64,000 nt of DNA. Source: Methyloversatilis sp. (GTDB taxonomy: Bacteria; Pseudomonadota; Gammaproteobacteria; Burkholderiales; Rhodocyclaceae). The stretch spans positions 28,796 to 92,795 of the forward strand of contig JAVEVQ010000001.1 of assembly GCA_034004945.1 (NCBI GenBank). Direction: 5' to 3'. Position numbers and translations under genes: made by a program. Numbering within the stretch: position 1 is the stretch's first letter; each line of letters begins with the position of its first letter. A model generated the notes under the pieces. That model searched no databases and was not told the origin of the DNA. It worked only from the letters and a program-made list of their open reading frames with translations. This document shows positions 28,464 to 40,844 of this stretch, piece by piece.

Positions 28464-29807
28464 GTGAAGTACAGCAATTTCGAGTCGTTCGTGAGCGTCG
28501 TCGAGGCGCGCAATCCGGGACAGCCGGAGTTCATGCAGGCTGTCACCGAGGTGATGGAGAGCCTGTGGCCCTTCATCAAGACAAATCCGCGCTACGCCGA
28601 ACAGGCGCTGCTCGAACGGCTGGTCGAACCGGAACGCGTCATCATGTTCCGCGTCAGCTGGGTGGACGACAAGGGCGCGGTGCAGGTCAATCGCGGCTAC
28701 CGCATCCAGCACAGCTCCTCGATCGGCCCCTACAAGGGTGGCATCCGCTTCCACCCGTCGGTGAACCTGTCCATCCTGAAGTTCCTCGCTTTCGAACAGA
28801 CCTTCAAGAATGCGCTCACCACGCTGCCGATGGGCGGCGGCAAGGGCGGTTCCGATTTCGATCCGAAGGGTCGCAGCCAGGGCGAAATCATGCGTTTCTG
28901 CCAGGCCTTCGTGTCCGAGCTGTTCCGCCACATCGGTTCCGACACCGACGTCCCGGCCGGTGACATCGGCGTCGGTGGTCGTGAGGTCGGCTACATGGCG
29001 GGCATGATGAAGAAGCTCAGCAACCGCGCGGACTGCGTGTTCACCGGCAAGGGTCTGAGCTTCGGTGGTTCGCTCATCCGCCCCGAAGCGACCGGTTACG
29101 GCACGGTGTACTTCGCCGAGGAAATGCTGTGCCATGCCGGCCATTCGATGGCCGGCATGCGTGTCGCCGTGTCCGGCTCGGGCAACGTGGCGCAGTACGC
29201 GGTGGAAAAGGCGATGGCGCTCGGCGCCAAGGTGGTGACGGTGTCCGATTCCAGCGGTACGGTGATCGACGAGGACGGTTTCACGCCGGAGAAGCTGGCC
29301 ATCCTGATGGACGTGAAGAACGAGCAGTACGGCCGTGTCAGCGACTACGCGAAGAAGGTCGGCGTCGCTTTCGAGGCGAACATGCGGCCGTGGCGCGTGC
29401 CGGTCGATGTCGCGCTGCCGTGCGCGACGCAGAACGAACTGGACGAGAACGACGCACGCACGCTGATCGCCAACGGCGTCCGCTGCGTGGCCGAAGGTGC
29501 CAACATGCCGTCGACCATCGAGGCAGCCAAGGCCTTCGAAGCGGCCGGGGTGCTGTACGCGCCGGGCAAGGCATCGAACGCCGGCGGCGTCGCGACTTCC
29601 GGCCTCGAAATGAGCCAGAACGCGATCCGCATGAACTGGACGCGCGACGAGGTCGATACGCGTCTGCTGCACATCATGCAGGGCATCCATGCCGCCTGCC
29701 TGCAGTATGGCAAGCACAAGGATGGCCGCGTCAGCTACCTCGACGGCGCCAACGTCGCCGGCTTCGTCAAGGTGGCCGATGCCATGCTTGGACAGGGCGT
29801 GGTCTGA
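28464..29807 (+). CDS. gdhA: NADP-specific glutamate dehydrogenase
   Basis: GPYKGGIRFHP, GGGKGG, RPEATGYG, GSGNVA and NAGGVATS motifs; GTG start after CAGGAG. Confidence 0.96.
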   Translation: MKYSNFESFVSVVEARNPGQPEFMQAVTEVMESLWPFIKTNPRYAEQALLERLVEPERVIMFRVSWVDDKGAVQVNRGYRIQHSSSIGPYKGGIRFHPSVNLSILKFLAFEQTFKNALTTLPMGGGKGGSDFDPKGRSQGEIMRFCQAFVSELFRHIGSDTDVPAGDIGVGGREVGYMAGMMKKLSNRADCVFTGKGLSFGGSLIRPEATGYGTVYFAEEMLCHAGHSMAGMRVAVSGSGNVAQYAVEKAMALGAKVVTVSDSSGTVIDEDGFTPEKLAILMDVKNEQYGRVSDYAKKVGVAFEANMRPWRVPVDVALPCATQNELDENDARTLIANGVRCVAEGANMPSTIEAAKAFEAAGVLYAPGKASNAGGVATSGLEMSQNAIRMNWTRDEVDTRLLHIMQGIHAACLQYGKHKDGRVSYLDGANVAGFVKVADAMLGQGVV

Positions 29808-29904
29808 CGGGTCCGCTCCCGCCCGGTGCCGCCGTGCGGGAGCGAGAGCGCTGCCCGCGACTGCGGCCAGGGCACTGCAACGACGCGTTGCGGTGCATTC
29901 TGGC

Positions 29905-29942
29905 CAACAAAAAGCCCACTCCTTGGAGTGGGCTTTTTGTTG
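29905..29942. terminator. Bidirectional terminator between gdhA and tyrB
   Basis: CAACAAAAAGCCCACTCC-TT-GGAGTGGGCTTTTTGTTG perfect inverted repeat. Confidence 0.9.
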
Positions 29943-29957
29943 TGCGCGGTACGCCGA

Positions 29958-31163
29958 TTACTTCAGGATGATCGCCAGCGAATCGGCCACGTAATCGATG
30001 TTCTTCGAGTTCAGCGCGGCCAGGCAGATGCGGCCGGTGCTGACTGCGTAGATGCCGAATTCGTCGCGCAGGCGGTCGACCTGGGCCACGGTCAGACCGG
30101 TGTAGCTGAACATGCCGCGCTGGCGCACAACGAAGGAGAAGTCACGCGACACGCCGCGGGCGGCCAGCTTGTCGACCAGACCGGTGCGCATGGCGCGGAT
30201 GCGTTCGCGCATCTCGCCCAGTTCCTGTTCCCACATCGAGCGCAGCTCCGGCGTGGCCAGCACCGACGCCACGATGGCGCCGCCGTGGGTCGGCGGGTTG
30301 GAGTAGTTGGTGCGGATGGTGCGCTTCAGCTGGCTCAGCACGCGGGCCGATTCGTCCTTCGACGCGGTCACGATCGACAGCGCGCCGACACGCTCGCCGT
30401 AAAGCGAGAAGGACTTCGAGAACGAGCTGGAAATGACGAAGCTCAGGCCGGACTGCACGAACTGGCGCACCGCCACGGCGTCCTGATCGATGCCGTCGGC
30501 GAAGCCCTGGTAGGCCATGTCGAGGAAGGGCACCAGATTGCGCGACTTGCACACCTCCACCACCTCGCCCCACTGGGCATCGGTCAGATCGGCGCCGGTC
30601 GGGTTGTGGCAGCAGGCGTGCAGCAGCACGATCTGGTTGGCCGGCAGCGCCTTCAGGTGGGCCATCATCGCGTCGAAGCGCACGCCACGGGTGTCGGCGT
30701 CGAAATACGGGTACACGTCGACTTCGAAGCCGGCGGCTTCGAACAGCGCGCGGTGGTTTTCCCAGCTCGGGTCGCTGATGTACACCTTGGCCTGCGGCAG
30801 CAGGCGCTTCAGGAAGTCGGCGCCGATCTTCAGCGCGCCGGTGCCGCCCAGGGCCTGGGCGGTGACCACGCGGCCATCGGCGGTCAGTGCGGCGCCCTGG
30901 CCGAACAGCAGGTCCTGCACCGCCTTGTTGTAGGCCGGCGCGCCTTCGATCGGCTGGTAGCCGCGCGGCGGCGCATTCTTCATGCGCGCTTCTTCCGCGG
31001 TGCGCACCGCGCGCAGCAGCGGCAGCTTGCCCGCGTCGTCGTAGTACACGCCCACGCCCAGGTTCACCTTGGTGGTGCGGGTATCAGCGTTGAAGGCTTC
31101 GGTCAGGCCCAGGATGGGGTCGCGCGGGGCCATCTCGACGGACGAGAAAACGGACGGGTTCAT
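29958..31163 (-). CDS. tyrB: Aromatic amino acid/aspartate aminotransferase
   Basis: APRDPILGL, HACCHNPTG, DMAYQGF and SFSKSFSLYGER motifs. Confidence 0.9.
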   Translation of the reverse strand: MNPSVFSSVEMAPRDPILGLTEAFNADTRTTKVNLGVGVYYDDAGKLPLLRAVRTAEEARMKNAPPRGYQPIEGAPAYNKAVQDLLFGQGAALTADGRVVTAQALGGTGALKIGADFLKRLLPQAKVYISDPSWENHRALFEAAGFEVDVYPYFDADTRGVRFDAMMAHLKALPANQIVLLHACCHNPTGADLTDAQWGEVVEVCKSRNLVPFLDMAYQGFADGIDQDAVAVRQFVQSGLSFVISSSFSKSFSLYGERVGALSIVTASKDESARVLSQLKRTIRTNYSNPPTHGGAIVASVLATPELRSMWEQELGEMRERIRAMRTGLVDKLAARGVSRDFSFVVRQRGMFSYTGLTVAQVDRLRDEFGIYAVSTGRICLAALNSKNIDYVADSLAIILK

Positions 31164-31333
31164 GCGTGCTCCGGTGTGCAGGGTTGGTTTGCCCGGTACG
31201 GGCGGTGCGTCGTGCTATTAAAGATAGGTCGAAAAAACGACAACAATCGCGCTAATGTCTGCCTTTGCCTGAACACCGCCGAAGTCTCGCGGTCATCAGG
31301 CTGCAAACGATTTGTGCAACGCAAAATTCTACC

Positions 31334-33382
<2,049 letters not shown>

Positions 33383-33563
33383 CGGCGGCCCGGCTCCCGG
33401 TACCGCCGGGCCGCTGTCGTCCAGCGTCACGTCTTACCCGGGCGGTGACGGCGCCCAGCGACCCGTCCGGCACGCGGCGCGAACCCGGGGCGCCGATCAT
33501 GGTCGACCCGATGACACGCGCCCGGTACCGGTGCCGGCAAACGATATCCAACCCTCCCGCACA

Positions 33564-35660
33564 ATGTCCTTCATCCATCATCTCTGCTGTCTGATTGCGC
33601 TGTGCATCGCTGCACCTGCGCTGCATGCCGCGCGCAGCGAAGCTCAGGTCAGCCCGCGCGCAACCGTTACGCTGCTGTCGGCGACCGATGCCGCGGCACC
33701 CGGGCAGACGCTCGACCTGGGTCTGCACTTCCGTTTTCAGCCGGGCTGGCACATCTACTGGATGAATCCGGGCGACGCCGGCCAGCCGCCACGCATCGAG
33801 GTGTTCGCGCCCGCCGGCAGCGCGCTCGGCGAAGTCAACTGGCCGGCGCCGGAACGTCATGTCGATGGTCCTATCACCACCTTCGTCCATCAGGGTGAGG
33901 TGCTGCTGCCCTTCACGGTGACGCTGCCGCCCACCCACGAGGGCGCGGTCGCGCTGTCGGCGAAGGTGAGCTGGCTGGTGTGCAAGGACATCTGCATCCC
34001 GGAAGAGGGTGTGTTCAGACTGGAGCTGCCTGCCGGTTCGCGGCAGGGCAGCGCCGATGCGCCGCTGTTCGACGCCGCGCGCGCGGCCGCGCCGACGCGC
34101 AGCGACTGGCGTGCGACGGTCGATGCACAGGGTGTGCTGACGCTGGAGGGGGCGGGCGCCGGCACCCTGCAGGCGGCCGACTTCTTCCCGGCCGACTGGG
34201 GGCGCATCGAGCACGGCGCCGCCCAGACCTTGAGCACCGCAGACGACACCGCGCGCATCGCGCTGAAGCCGGGCCCGGACTTCGATCCGGCGAAGGCGAT
34301 CGAGGGCGTGCTGCGCGCACGCGGTGCTGACGGCATCGAGCGGGTGTTCTGGGTGGCAACGCCGGGCGAGGCGCCGGTGCGCACCTCGGCCCTGAGCCTC
34401 GCGGCGGCCGATGCGTTGCCGCCCGTGACACTCCAGAGCCCGGTCGCTGCAGCCGCCGACGACGGTCTGCTGTGGCCGCTGCTGTTCGCCTTCGCCGGCG
34501 GCCTGCTGCTGAACCTGATGCCCTGCGTGTTCCCGGTGCTGGCGATCAAGGCGCTGTCGTTCGCGAAGATGGGGGGGGACCGCCGGGCTGCCGTGCGCCT
34601 GCAGTCGCTTGCCTACTGCGCCGGCGTGGTCGCCAGCTTCCTGCTGCTGGCCGCACTGCTGCTCGCCTTGCGCGCCGCCGGCACCCAGGCCGGGTGGGGC
34701 TTCCAGTTCCAGTCGCCGCTGTTCGTCGCCGCCATGGCCACCTTGCTGTTCGGCATCGGGCTGAACCTGTCCGGCGTGTTCGACGTCGGCGCCCGGCTGG
34801 CGTCAGCCGGCGAATCCCTGGCTTCGCGCGGCGGACTGGCCGGCAGCTTCTTCACCGGCGTGCTGGCAGTGGTGGTCGCCACTCCCTGTACCGCGCCCTT
34901 CATGGGCGGCGCGATCGCGGCGGCGCTGGGGGCACCGGCGCCGGTGACGGTGGGCATCTTCGTCGCGCTCGGACTGGGCATGGCCTTGCCCTATCTGCTG
35001 TTCGCCTTCTTTCCGGCGGTGGCCGCGCACATGCCCCGACCGGGGGCGTGGATGGAGAGGTTGAAGCAGGCGCTGGCCTTCCCGATGTACGGCGCCGCGG
35101 CCTGGCTGGTGTGGGTGCTGAGCCAGCAGAGCGGGGCCGATGGCGTGCTGCACGTGCTGGTCGCACTGCTGCTGGTCGCGCTGGCCGCCTGGCTGTTCGG
35201 AGTGGCGCAGCGCGGTGCCGCGCGCGCCTGGAACTGGCGCGGTGCGGCGGCACTGGCACTGCTGGCCGGCCTGCTGGCCCTCGGTCGCACGCCGGAACCG
35301 GCGACGACGACGCCTGTCGCGCAGACAGCCGAAGGTGCCTACTCTGCACAGCGGCTGGCCGATCTGCGCGCTGCCGGCACACCGGTGTTCGTGAACATGA
35401 CCGCCGCCTGGTGCGTCACCTGCCTGATGAACGAAAAGGTGGCGCTGTCGACCGATACCGTGCAGCGCGCCTTCGCTGACCGGGGCGTCGTCTACCTGAA
35501 GGGCGACTGGACGCGCGCCGACCCCGACATCACCCGTTTCCTGCAGTCGCACGGTCGCGACGGCGTGCCGCTCTACGTGTATTACGCGCCCGGCCGGGAG
35601 GGCGTCGTGCTGCCGCAGATCCTGACGCCGCAGATCGTGCTCGATCACATCGCTTCATGA
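33564..35660 (+). CDS. DsbD-family protein-disulfide reductase
   Basis: WHIYW.NPGDAG, CKDIC, LMPCVFP, TPCTAP and WCVTC motifs. Confidence 0.9.
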   Translation: MSFIHHLCCLIALCIAAPALHAARSEAQVSPRATVTLLSATDAAAPGQTLDLGLHFRFQPGWHIYWMNPGDAGQPPRIEVFAPAGSALGEVNWPAPERHVDGPITTFVHQGEVLLPFTVTLPPTHEGAVALSAKVSWLVCKDICIPEEGVFRLELPAGSRQGSADAPLFDAARAAAPTRSDWRATVDAQGVLTLEGAGAGTLQAADFFPADWGRIEHGAAQTLSTADDTARIALKPGPDFDPAKAIEGVLRARGADGIERVFWVATPGEAPVRTSALSLAAADALPPVTLQSPVAAAADDGLLWPLLFAFAGGLLLNLMPCVFPVLAIKALSFAKMGGDRRAAVRLQSLAYCAGVVASFLLLAALLLALRAAGTQAGWGFQFQSPLFVAAMATLLFGIGLNLSGVFDVGARLASAGESLASRGGLAGSFFTGVLAVVVATPCTAPFMGGAIAAALGAPAPVTVGIFVALGLGMALPYLLFAFFPAVAAHMPRPGAWMERLKQALAFPMYGAAAWLVWVLSQQSGADGVLHVLVALLLVALAAWLFGVAQRGAARAWNWRGAAALALLAGLLALGRTPEPATTTPVAQTAEGAYSAQRLADLRAAGTPVFVNMTAAWCVTCLMNEKVALSTDTVQRAFADRGVVYLKGDWTRADPDITRFLQSHGRDGVPLYVYYAPGREGVVLPQILTPQIVLDHIAS

Positions 35661-35673
35661 GGAGACCTCGTCG

Positions 35674-36285
35674 ATGATCATCAAAGCCATTCTTCGTTCA
35701 GGCCTGCTGGCCAGCACGCTGCTCGCCGCCGCCGTCCATGCCGCGCCGCGTATCGGCGAGCCGGCGCCGGCCTTCTCCGCCGTCGATTCCAACGGCCGGA
35801 CGGTGAAACTGTCCGATTTCGCCGGCCGGACGGTGGTGATGGAATGGACCAATCATGGCTGCCCCTACGTGCAGAAGTGGTACGGCGGCGGCATGCAGGC
35901 GCTGCAGAAGGACGCCACCGGCAAGGGGGCGGTGTGGCTCACCGTGCTCAGTTCGGCACCGGGCACCCAGGGCCACGTCGACGGCCCGACGGCCAACCGC
36001 ATGATGAAGGAGCAGGGCGCGGCGCCGACCCACTACCTGCTGGACTACGAAGGCAAGGTCGGTCGCGCCTACGCGGCACAGGTAACGCCGCACATGTACG
36101 TCATCGCGCCGGACGGCCGGCTCGCCTATATGGGCGGCATCGACAGCATCGCGTCGACCGACGTGAGCGACATTCCGAAGGCGGAGCCGCTGACGCGGCT
36201 CGCGATCGATGCGGTACTGGCGGGAAAACCGGTCGACAAGGCGCAGACGCGGCCCTACGGCTGCTCGGTGAAGTACGCGAACTGA
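35674..36285 (+). CDS. Exported redoxin/thioredoxin-fold protein
   Basis: Signal peptide; EWTNHGCPYV, TPHMY and PYGCSVKY motifs; co-transcribed with dsbD. Confidence 0.85.
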   Translation: MIIKAILRSGLLASTLLAAAVHAAPRIGEPAPAFSAVDSNGRTVKLSDFAGRTVVMEWTNHGCPYVQKWYGGGMQALQKDATGKGAVWLTVLSSAPGTQGHVDGPTANRMMKEQGAAPTHYLLDYEGKVGRAYAAQVTPHMYVIAPDGRLAYMGGIDSIASTDVSDIPKAEPLTRLAIDAVLAGKPVDKAQTRPYGCSVKYAN

Positions 36286-36336
36286 GGGAGATGGGTCGCC
36301 CGATACATGCCTTGCACCGGCCGGCCCAACGCGTAC

Positions 36337-37254
36337 TCAGGCGCTGACGCTACCGGTGCCCGGGTGGTTCGCGGCGTGCATCCGGTTTTGCGCCTTGACC
36401 AGACGTTCCATCGTGCGCAGGTCCTTGCGGTCCAGTTTCATCGCACCGCGCACCCACTCGCGCGTCACGTCTTCCAGTTCCTGATAGGTCAGGCGCACGT
36501 AGGCGTGCATCTTGGCGCGCTGGAAGGCGCGGAAGCCCTTGAGCTGGGACGCCATCGAACGCATGACGTCGCGCGCCACCCATTCGCCGCGGCCCGGCTC
36601 GGCCAAGTGATCGACCAGACCCAGTTCGTGCATCTTCTCGGCCGGCAGCACCCTGGCGTTCAGGATCAGGTCTTCCGCCACGCGCGGACCCGCCTTGCGC
36701 GCGACCAGACTGTAGGCGCCCATACCCGGGAACAGGTTGAACATCATTTCCGGGAAGCCCAGCTTGGCACCGCGTTCGGCGATCACCACGTGGCAGGATA
36801 GCGCCGCCTCGAAACCGCCGCCCAGCGCGTCGCCCTGAACCACCGCCATTGACACCGCGTCGGCGTGCAGACCGGCGACGTTGTTGTTGATGGCGCGGAT
36901 GCAGGCCTCGGCGTAGCGCATCAGTCCGGCCTCGTCGCCCGCCTCGACCAGCTTCTGGAACAGGTCGAGATCGCCGCCAAGGTTATAGACGCCGGGTACG
37001 CCGGAGCAGTTGAGGAAGAAATCGACCGTGCCGGGCGCCAGCTCCACTTCCTGCTGCTGCGCCACGACGTCCGCCAGCAACTCCGGCGTGAAGCACGGGC
37101 GTCCGGTTGGATGGGCGTACATCCACAAGGCGCGGGTTTCCGCCTCGTAGCGCGAAGTCAGAATGGGTGTGGACAGCAGGCGTGGCGCATTGGCGGCCAT
37201 GCCGGCCATCGGTACCGTGTGCAGATGCGCACGGGTTCGATCAATGATCTGCAT
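36337..37254 (-). CDS. RpfF-like crotonase/enoyl-CoA hydratase (putative DSF/BDSF synthase)
   Basis: RPCFT, NLGGDL, QGDALGGGFEAALS and GFPE..FNLFPGMGAYS are RpfF-subfamily motifs; GGAGG RBS. Confidence 0.75.
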   Translation of the reverse strand: MQIIDRTRAHLHTVPMAGMAANAPRLLSTPILTSRYEAETRALWMYAHPTGRPCFTPELLADVVAQQQEVELAPGTVDFFLNCSGVPGVYNLGGDLDLFQKLVEAGDEAGLMRYAEACIRAINNNVAGLHADAVSMAVVQGDALGGGFEAALSCHVVIAERGAKLGFPEMMFNLFPGMGAYSLVARKAGPRVAEDLILNARVLPAEKMHELGLVDHLAEPGRGEWVARDVMRSMASQLKGFRAFQRAKMHAYVRLTYQELEDVTREWVRGAMKLDRKDLRTMERLVKAQNRMHAANHPGTGSVSA

Positions 37255-37791
37255 TGCACGCCTCCATACGAAATACATCGCGGGCAGGCGCGGCAGCGTC
37301 GATACTCTTTCCGGAGCGATACGGCAGGTGCCGTCCTGCTCCATGGCGCGGGGTCAACAGATCCATTTCAGCCTCCGTCGGCATGTCCGACTTTAAGCAT
37401 GCTGAAAACAATCGCCTCTTGAGGCGAATTGGAGAGGCAGTTTTCCTGCCTTTTTTTCCTGCTGTCTGGTGCACGAATCCAGACAGAGTCTGACCCTGTA
37501 AGTGCATGTTACGACAAGGCGGAACAGTTTTGCTTGAAAATTTGATTGCACCCTGCAGCGGGCCACTGGGCGACCCGCGCAGGGTGTCGTGCACCTCGTC
37601 GGAACGGCTCTGGCCGTGGCTGCCGGCCGCCTTGTCTGACGACGGTACCCGGTGATGCGGTGCACGATCCGCCGTCGTCGGCCTGCCGTCGGTCGACGCC
37701 CGCTCGGCTATAGTCGGGCGAACAGGATGGCGTGTCCGTACCCGGCGCCGGCCGGGCGCAGAGCGTGCGGACCCGATCCACGGAGACATTG

Positions 37792-39582
37792 ATGAAACAG
37801 GCTTCGTCCGGCAAGGACACACGGGAACACAAGGTCACGCTGCAGGAACTGGTGGAGGGCATGGTGGCCGACGGCCTGCTCGGCGAGTCGGTGGCGCGCG
37901 TGTTCCTGCACGACCGCCGCTACTGGCGGGGCGGTGATCACCCGCTGGTGGTGCTGGCCGGCCAGAAGTGGAAATCGCTGCACCCGCCGCACCGGGTGCT
38001 CAATCTCGATGCGCTGACCGAGTGGATGGCCGGCTGGAGCGACCACGACTACTACCACATCGATCCGCTGAAGGTCGATTTCGCGGCGGTGACCGAGGTG
38101 GTGTCGAGCGCTTACGCCAACCGCTTCCGCATCCTGCCGGTGCAGGCGTCGGCGCGCGAGGTGGTGATCGCCACGGCCGAACCTTTCATGACCGAATGGG
38201 AAAAGGAGCTGGCGCCGATACTGCGCCGCCCCATCCGTCGCGTCATCGCCAATCCGGACGACATCGCCCGCTACGTGGTCGAGTTCTACAGCCTGGCCAA
38301 GTCGGTCAAGGGCGCGGCCAAGCGGGGCGACGTCAGCGGCGCCGGCGCCTCGAACTTCGAGCAGCTGGTCGAGCTGGGGCGCAGCAACCGGCCGCTCGAC
38401 GCCAACGACCAGCACATCGTCACCATCGTCGACTGGCTGTGGCAATACGCCTTCGAGCAGCGCGCCAGCGACATCCACATCGAGCCGCGCCGCGATTTCG
38501 GTGTCGTGCGCTTCCGCATCGACGGCGTGCTCCATCAGGTCTACCAGATTCCGATGCCGGTGCTGGGCGCGATGACCTCACGCATCAAGATACTGGGCCG
38601 CATGGACGTGGTGGAGAAGCGCCGGCCGCAGGACGGGCGGATCAAGACGCGCGCCCCTGACGGCCAGGAGATCGAACTGCGGCTGTCCACGCTGCCCACA
38701 GCCTTCGGCGAGAAGCTGGTGATGCGTGTTTTCGACCCGGAAGTGCTGGTACGCGACTTCCGCGATCTCGGCTTTTCCGACGAGGACGCGCGGCGCTGGA
38801 AGCAGATGACCACGCAGCCGAACGGCATCGTGCTGGTGACCGGCCCGACCGGCTCCGGCAAGACCACCACGCTGTATTCGACGCTGAAGAACCTCGCCAC
38901 ACCCGAGGTCAATGTCTGCACGCTGGAAGACCCGATCGAAATGATCGAGCCTGCCTTCAACCAGGTGCAGGTGTCGCCGGACATCGGCGTCACCTTTTCG
39001 GCCGGCATCCGCTCATTGATGCGGCAGGACCCGGACATCATCATGGTGGGCGAGATCCGTGACCTCGAAACCGCCGAAATGGCGATCCAGGCGGCGCTGA
39101 CCGGTCACCTCGTGCTGTCCACGCTGCACACGAACGACGCACCATCGACCATCACCCGCCTGCTCGACCTCGGCGTGCCCAGCTATCTGCTGAACGCCAC
39201 CGTACTCGGCGTGATGGCACAGCGGCTGGTGCGCACGCTGTGCCCGCACTGCCGCAAGCCGGCGTCGCCGCAGGACACCGATCCGCAGGCGTGGAAGGAT
39301 CTGGTGGCACCGTGGAAGGCCACCCGGCCGGAACGCTTCACCCAGGCCGTGGGCTGCCTGGACTGTCGCATGACCGGTTACTCGGGCCGCATCGGCATCT
39401 ACGAAATCCTGCTGATGTCACCGGAAATCAAGACGCTGGTGTCGACCGGTGCGGACATCGGTGCGCTACGCGATCAGGCCTATCGCGAGGGCATGTACCC
39501 GCTGCGTGTGTCCGGTGCGCTGAAGATCGCGCAGGGTGTGACGACGATGGAAGAGGTGATGAAGGTGGCACCGCCGGCCTGA
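37792..39582 (+). CDS. GspE/PilB-family secretion/pilus ATPase
   Basis: ASDIHIEP, GPTGSGKTT, EDPIE, MVGEIRD, STLHTN and CxxC pairs. Confidence 0.92.
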   Translation: MKQASSGKDTREHKVTLQELVEGMVADGLLGESVARVFLHDRRYWRGGDHPLVVLAGQKWKSLHPPHRVLNLDALTEWMAGWSDHDYYHIDPLKVDFAAVTEVVSSAYANRFRILPVQASAREVVIATAEPFMTEWEKELAPILRRPIRRVIANPDDIARYVVEFYSLAKSVKGAAKRGDVSGAGASNFEQLVELGRSNRPLDANDQHIVTIVDWLWQYAFEQRASDIHIEPRRDFGVVRFRIDGVLHQVYQIPMPVLGAMTSRIKILGRMDVVEKRRPQDGRIKTRAPDGQEIELRLSTLPTAFGEKLVMRVFDPEVLVRDFRDLGFSDEDARRWKQMTTQPNGIVLVTGPTGSGKTTTLYSTLKNLATPEVNVCTLEDPIEMIEPAFNQVQVSPDIGVTFSAGIRSLMRQDPDIIMVGEIRDLETAEMAIQAALTGHLVLSTLHTNDAPSTITRLLDLGVPSYLLNATVLGVMAQRLVRTLCPHCRKPASPQDTDPQAWKDLVAPWKATRPERFTQAVGCLDCRMTGYSGRIGIYEILLMSPEIKTLVSTGADIGALRDQAYREGMYPLRVSGALKIAQGVTTMEEVMKVAPPA

Positions 39583-39596
39583 GCCGGCAGGGTGCA

Positions 39597-40259
39597 TCAA
39601 TAGCCGGTGGACGGCGGCCAGCCGACGCCGGCGAACGGCGGCTTGCGCCCGACCAGCCCTTCGAGCAGCGTCAGTTCGGCGTCTGTGTGGTTGATCACGC
39701 TGGCGGCCGACATCATGTCGGCGCCGGGTCTGTCGCTGAGCCACATCGGCTTGTCGTGGTGCCGGGTGCGTACGGTTTCGCGCTGGTCCGGATCGTTGTT
39801 GCGCACAACTTCCGCCTCGCCGTAGCACAGGCAGAAATAGGTCCGTTCCTCGGCCGCCTCGATGTAGCAGCCGGTACCGCGTATGCCTATCGTCGCCACC
39901 GGCGTGGCGATGCGTTTCTGGCCGCGGTCGAACACCGACAGCAGCTTGCCGGTGATCACCCGCATCAGGTCGGCGGCTACACCGCTGCCGAAAGCGACGT
40001 GCGATTCGCCGCGCTGCAGGAAGGCGTCGCGGCCGAGCACATAGATCGCCTCGGCGCCCGGGCCGGTGCGTATTGTGTCGCCTGGCCGGATTTCCGCGTT
40101 GAAGCTCGCCGGCGCGCCATTGATGCTGACGTCGCCGCGGAAGCCACGCAGCCCGGTTCGGCTGTCACGGGCCAGCGCTTCGCGCACCAGCGCGTCGAAG
40201 GCCAATGGGGCTGCGGCACCACCGGCAAGCAGGGTGGTCAGCAGGCGTCTTCGATCCAT
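39597..40259 (-). CDS. FecR-like beta-domain protein with Tat-type signal
   Basis: MDRRRLL Tat-like N-terminus; GD.I.TG and TPVATIGIRGT FecR-like motifs. Confidence 0.65.
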   Translation of the reverse strand: MDRRRLLTTLLAGGAAAPLAFDALVREALARDSRTGLRGFRGDVSINGAPASFNAEIRPGDTIRTGPGAEAIYVLGRDAFLQRGESHVAFGSGVAADLMRVITGKLLSVFDRGQKRIATPVATIGIRGTGCYIEAAEERTYFCLCYGEAEVVRNNDPDQRETVRTRHHDKPMWLSDRPGADMMSAASVINHTDAELTLLEGLVGRKPPFAGVGWPPSTGY

Positions 40260-40317
40260 GTCGTTTTCTCCTTCTTCTGATGCAGCGATTATCGCGCGGG
40301 CGGAAGAACGGGCGCGT

Positions 40318-40800
40318 TCATTCGCTCTCGGGTATCACCGCATCGCCCTGGCGGATCAGACCACTGCGCAGCACGCGTGCGGTGATGCCGCCATGACCGC
40401 GCATCACGTTGTAGCCGCCCTTGCCCAGATTGGTTTCCATCCGTGAGCATGGATCACAGGGACCGGTGTATTCCAGCAGCGCCTCGCCGACGCGGAAGCG
40501 TTTGCCCTTGAGTGCCAGCAGGTTCAGACCGCTGACCACGATATTGCGCCGGACCAGGCCGGGGTTGATCTCGCCAAGGCCGAGCAGATCGGCCACCGTC
40601 TGCAGGTGCTCGGCCTGGATCAGCGTGACCTGCCGCTTGCCGTCCGGACTGGCGTAGCGGTCACCTTCGAGGCCGAGCGATTCGATGGCCTGTACTGTGT
40701 CGACGACGCGCAGCGGCTGCATCCGCGCCGGGCGTACGCCTATCCAGCTGACCCGTCCGGCGTGTGCGAAGGTGGAAGTGAGTGTCTGCAGGGTGTCCAT
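40318..40800 (-). CDS. MOSC domain protein
   Basis: GLEGDRY, RQVTLI, RRNIVVSG, CDPCSRM and GGITARV motifs. Confidence 0.9.
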   Translation of the reverse strand: MDTLQTLTSTFAHAGRVSWIGVRPARMQPLRVVDTVQAIESLGLEGDRYASPDGKRQVTLIQAEHLQTVADLLGLGEINPGLVRRNIVVSGLNLLALKGKRFRVGEALLEYTGPCDPCSRMETNLGKGGYNVMRGHGGITARVLRSGLIRQGDAVIPESE

Positions 40801-40844
40801 GGTCGTCGTTTCATTGTGCGCAATGTGTCGGGACGGATGCTACT

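Noticed and set aside
37255-37500. c-di-GMP riboswitch upstream of the rpfF-like gene
   Set aside because: The GEMM consensus elements (GGCAAA/GNRA tetraloop-receptor pattern) are not recognisable; kept only as an unassigned structured leader.
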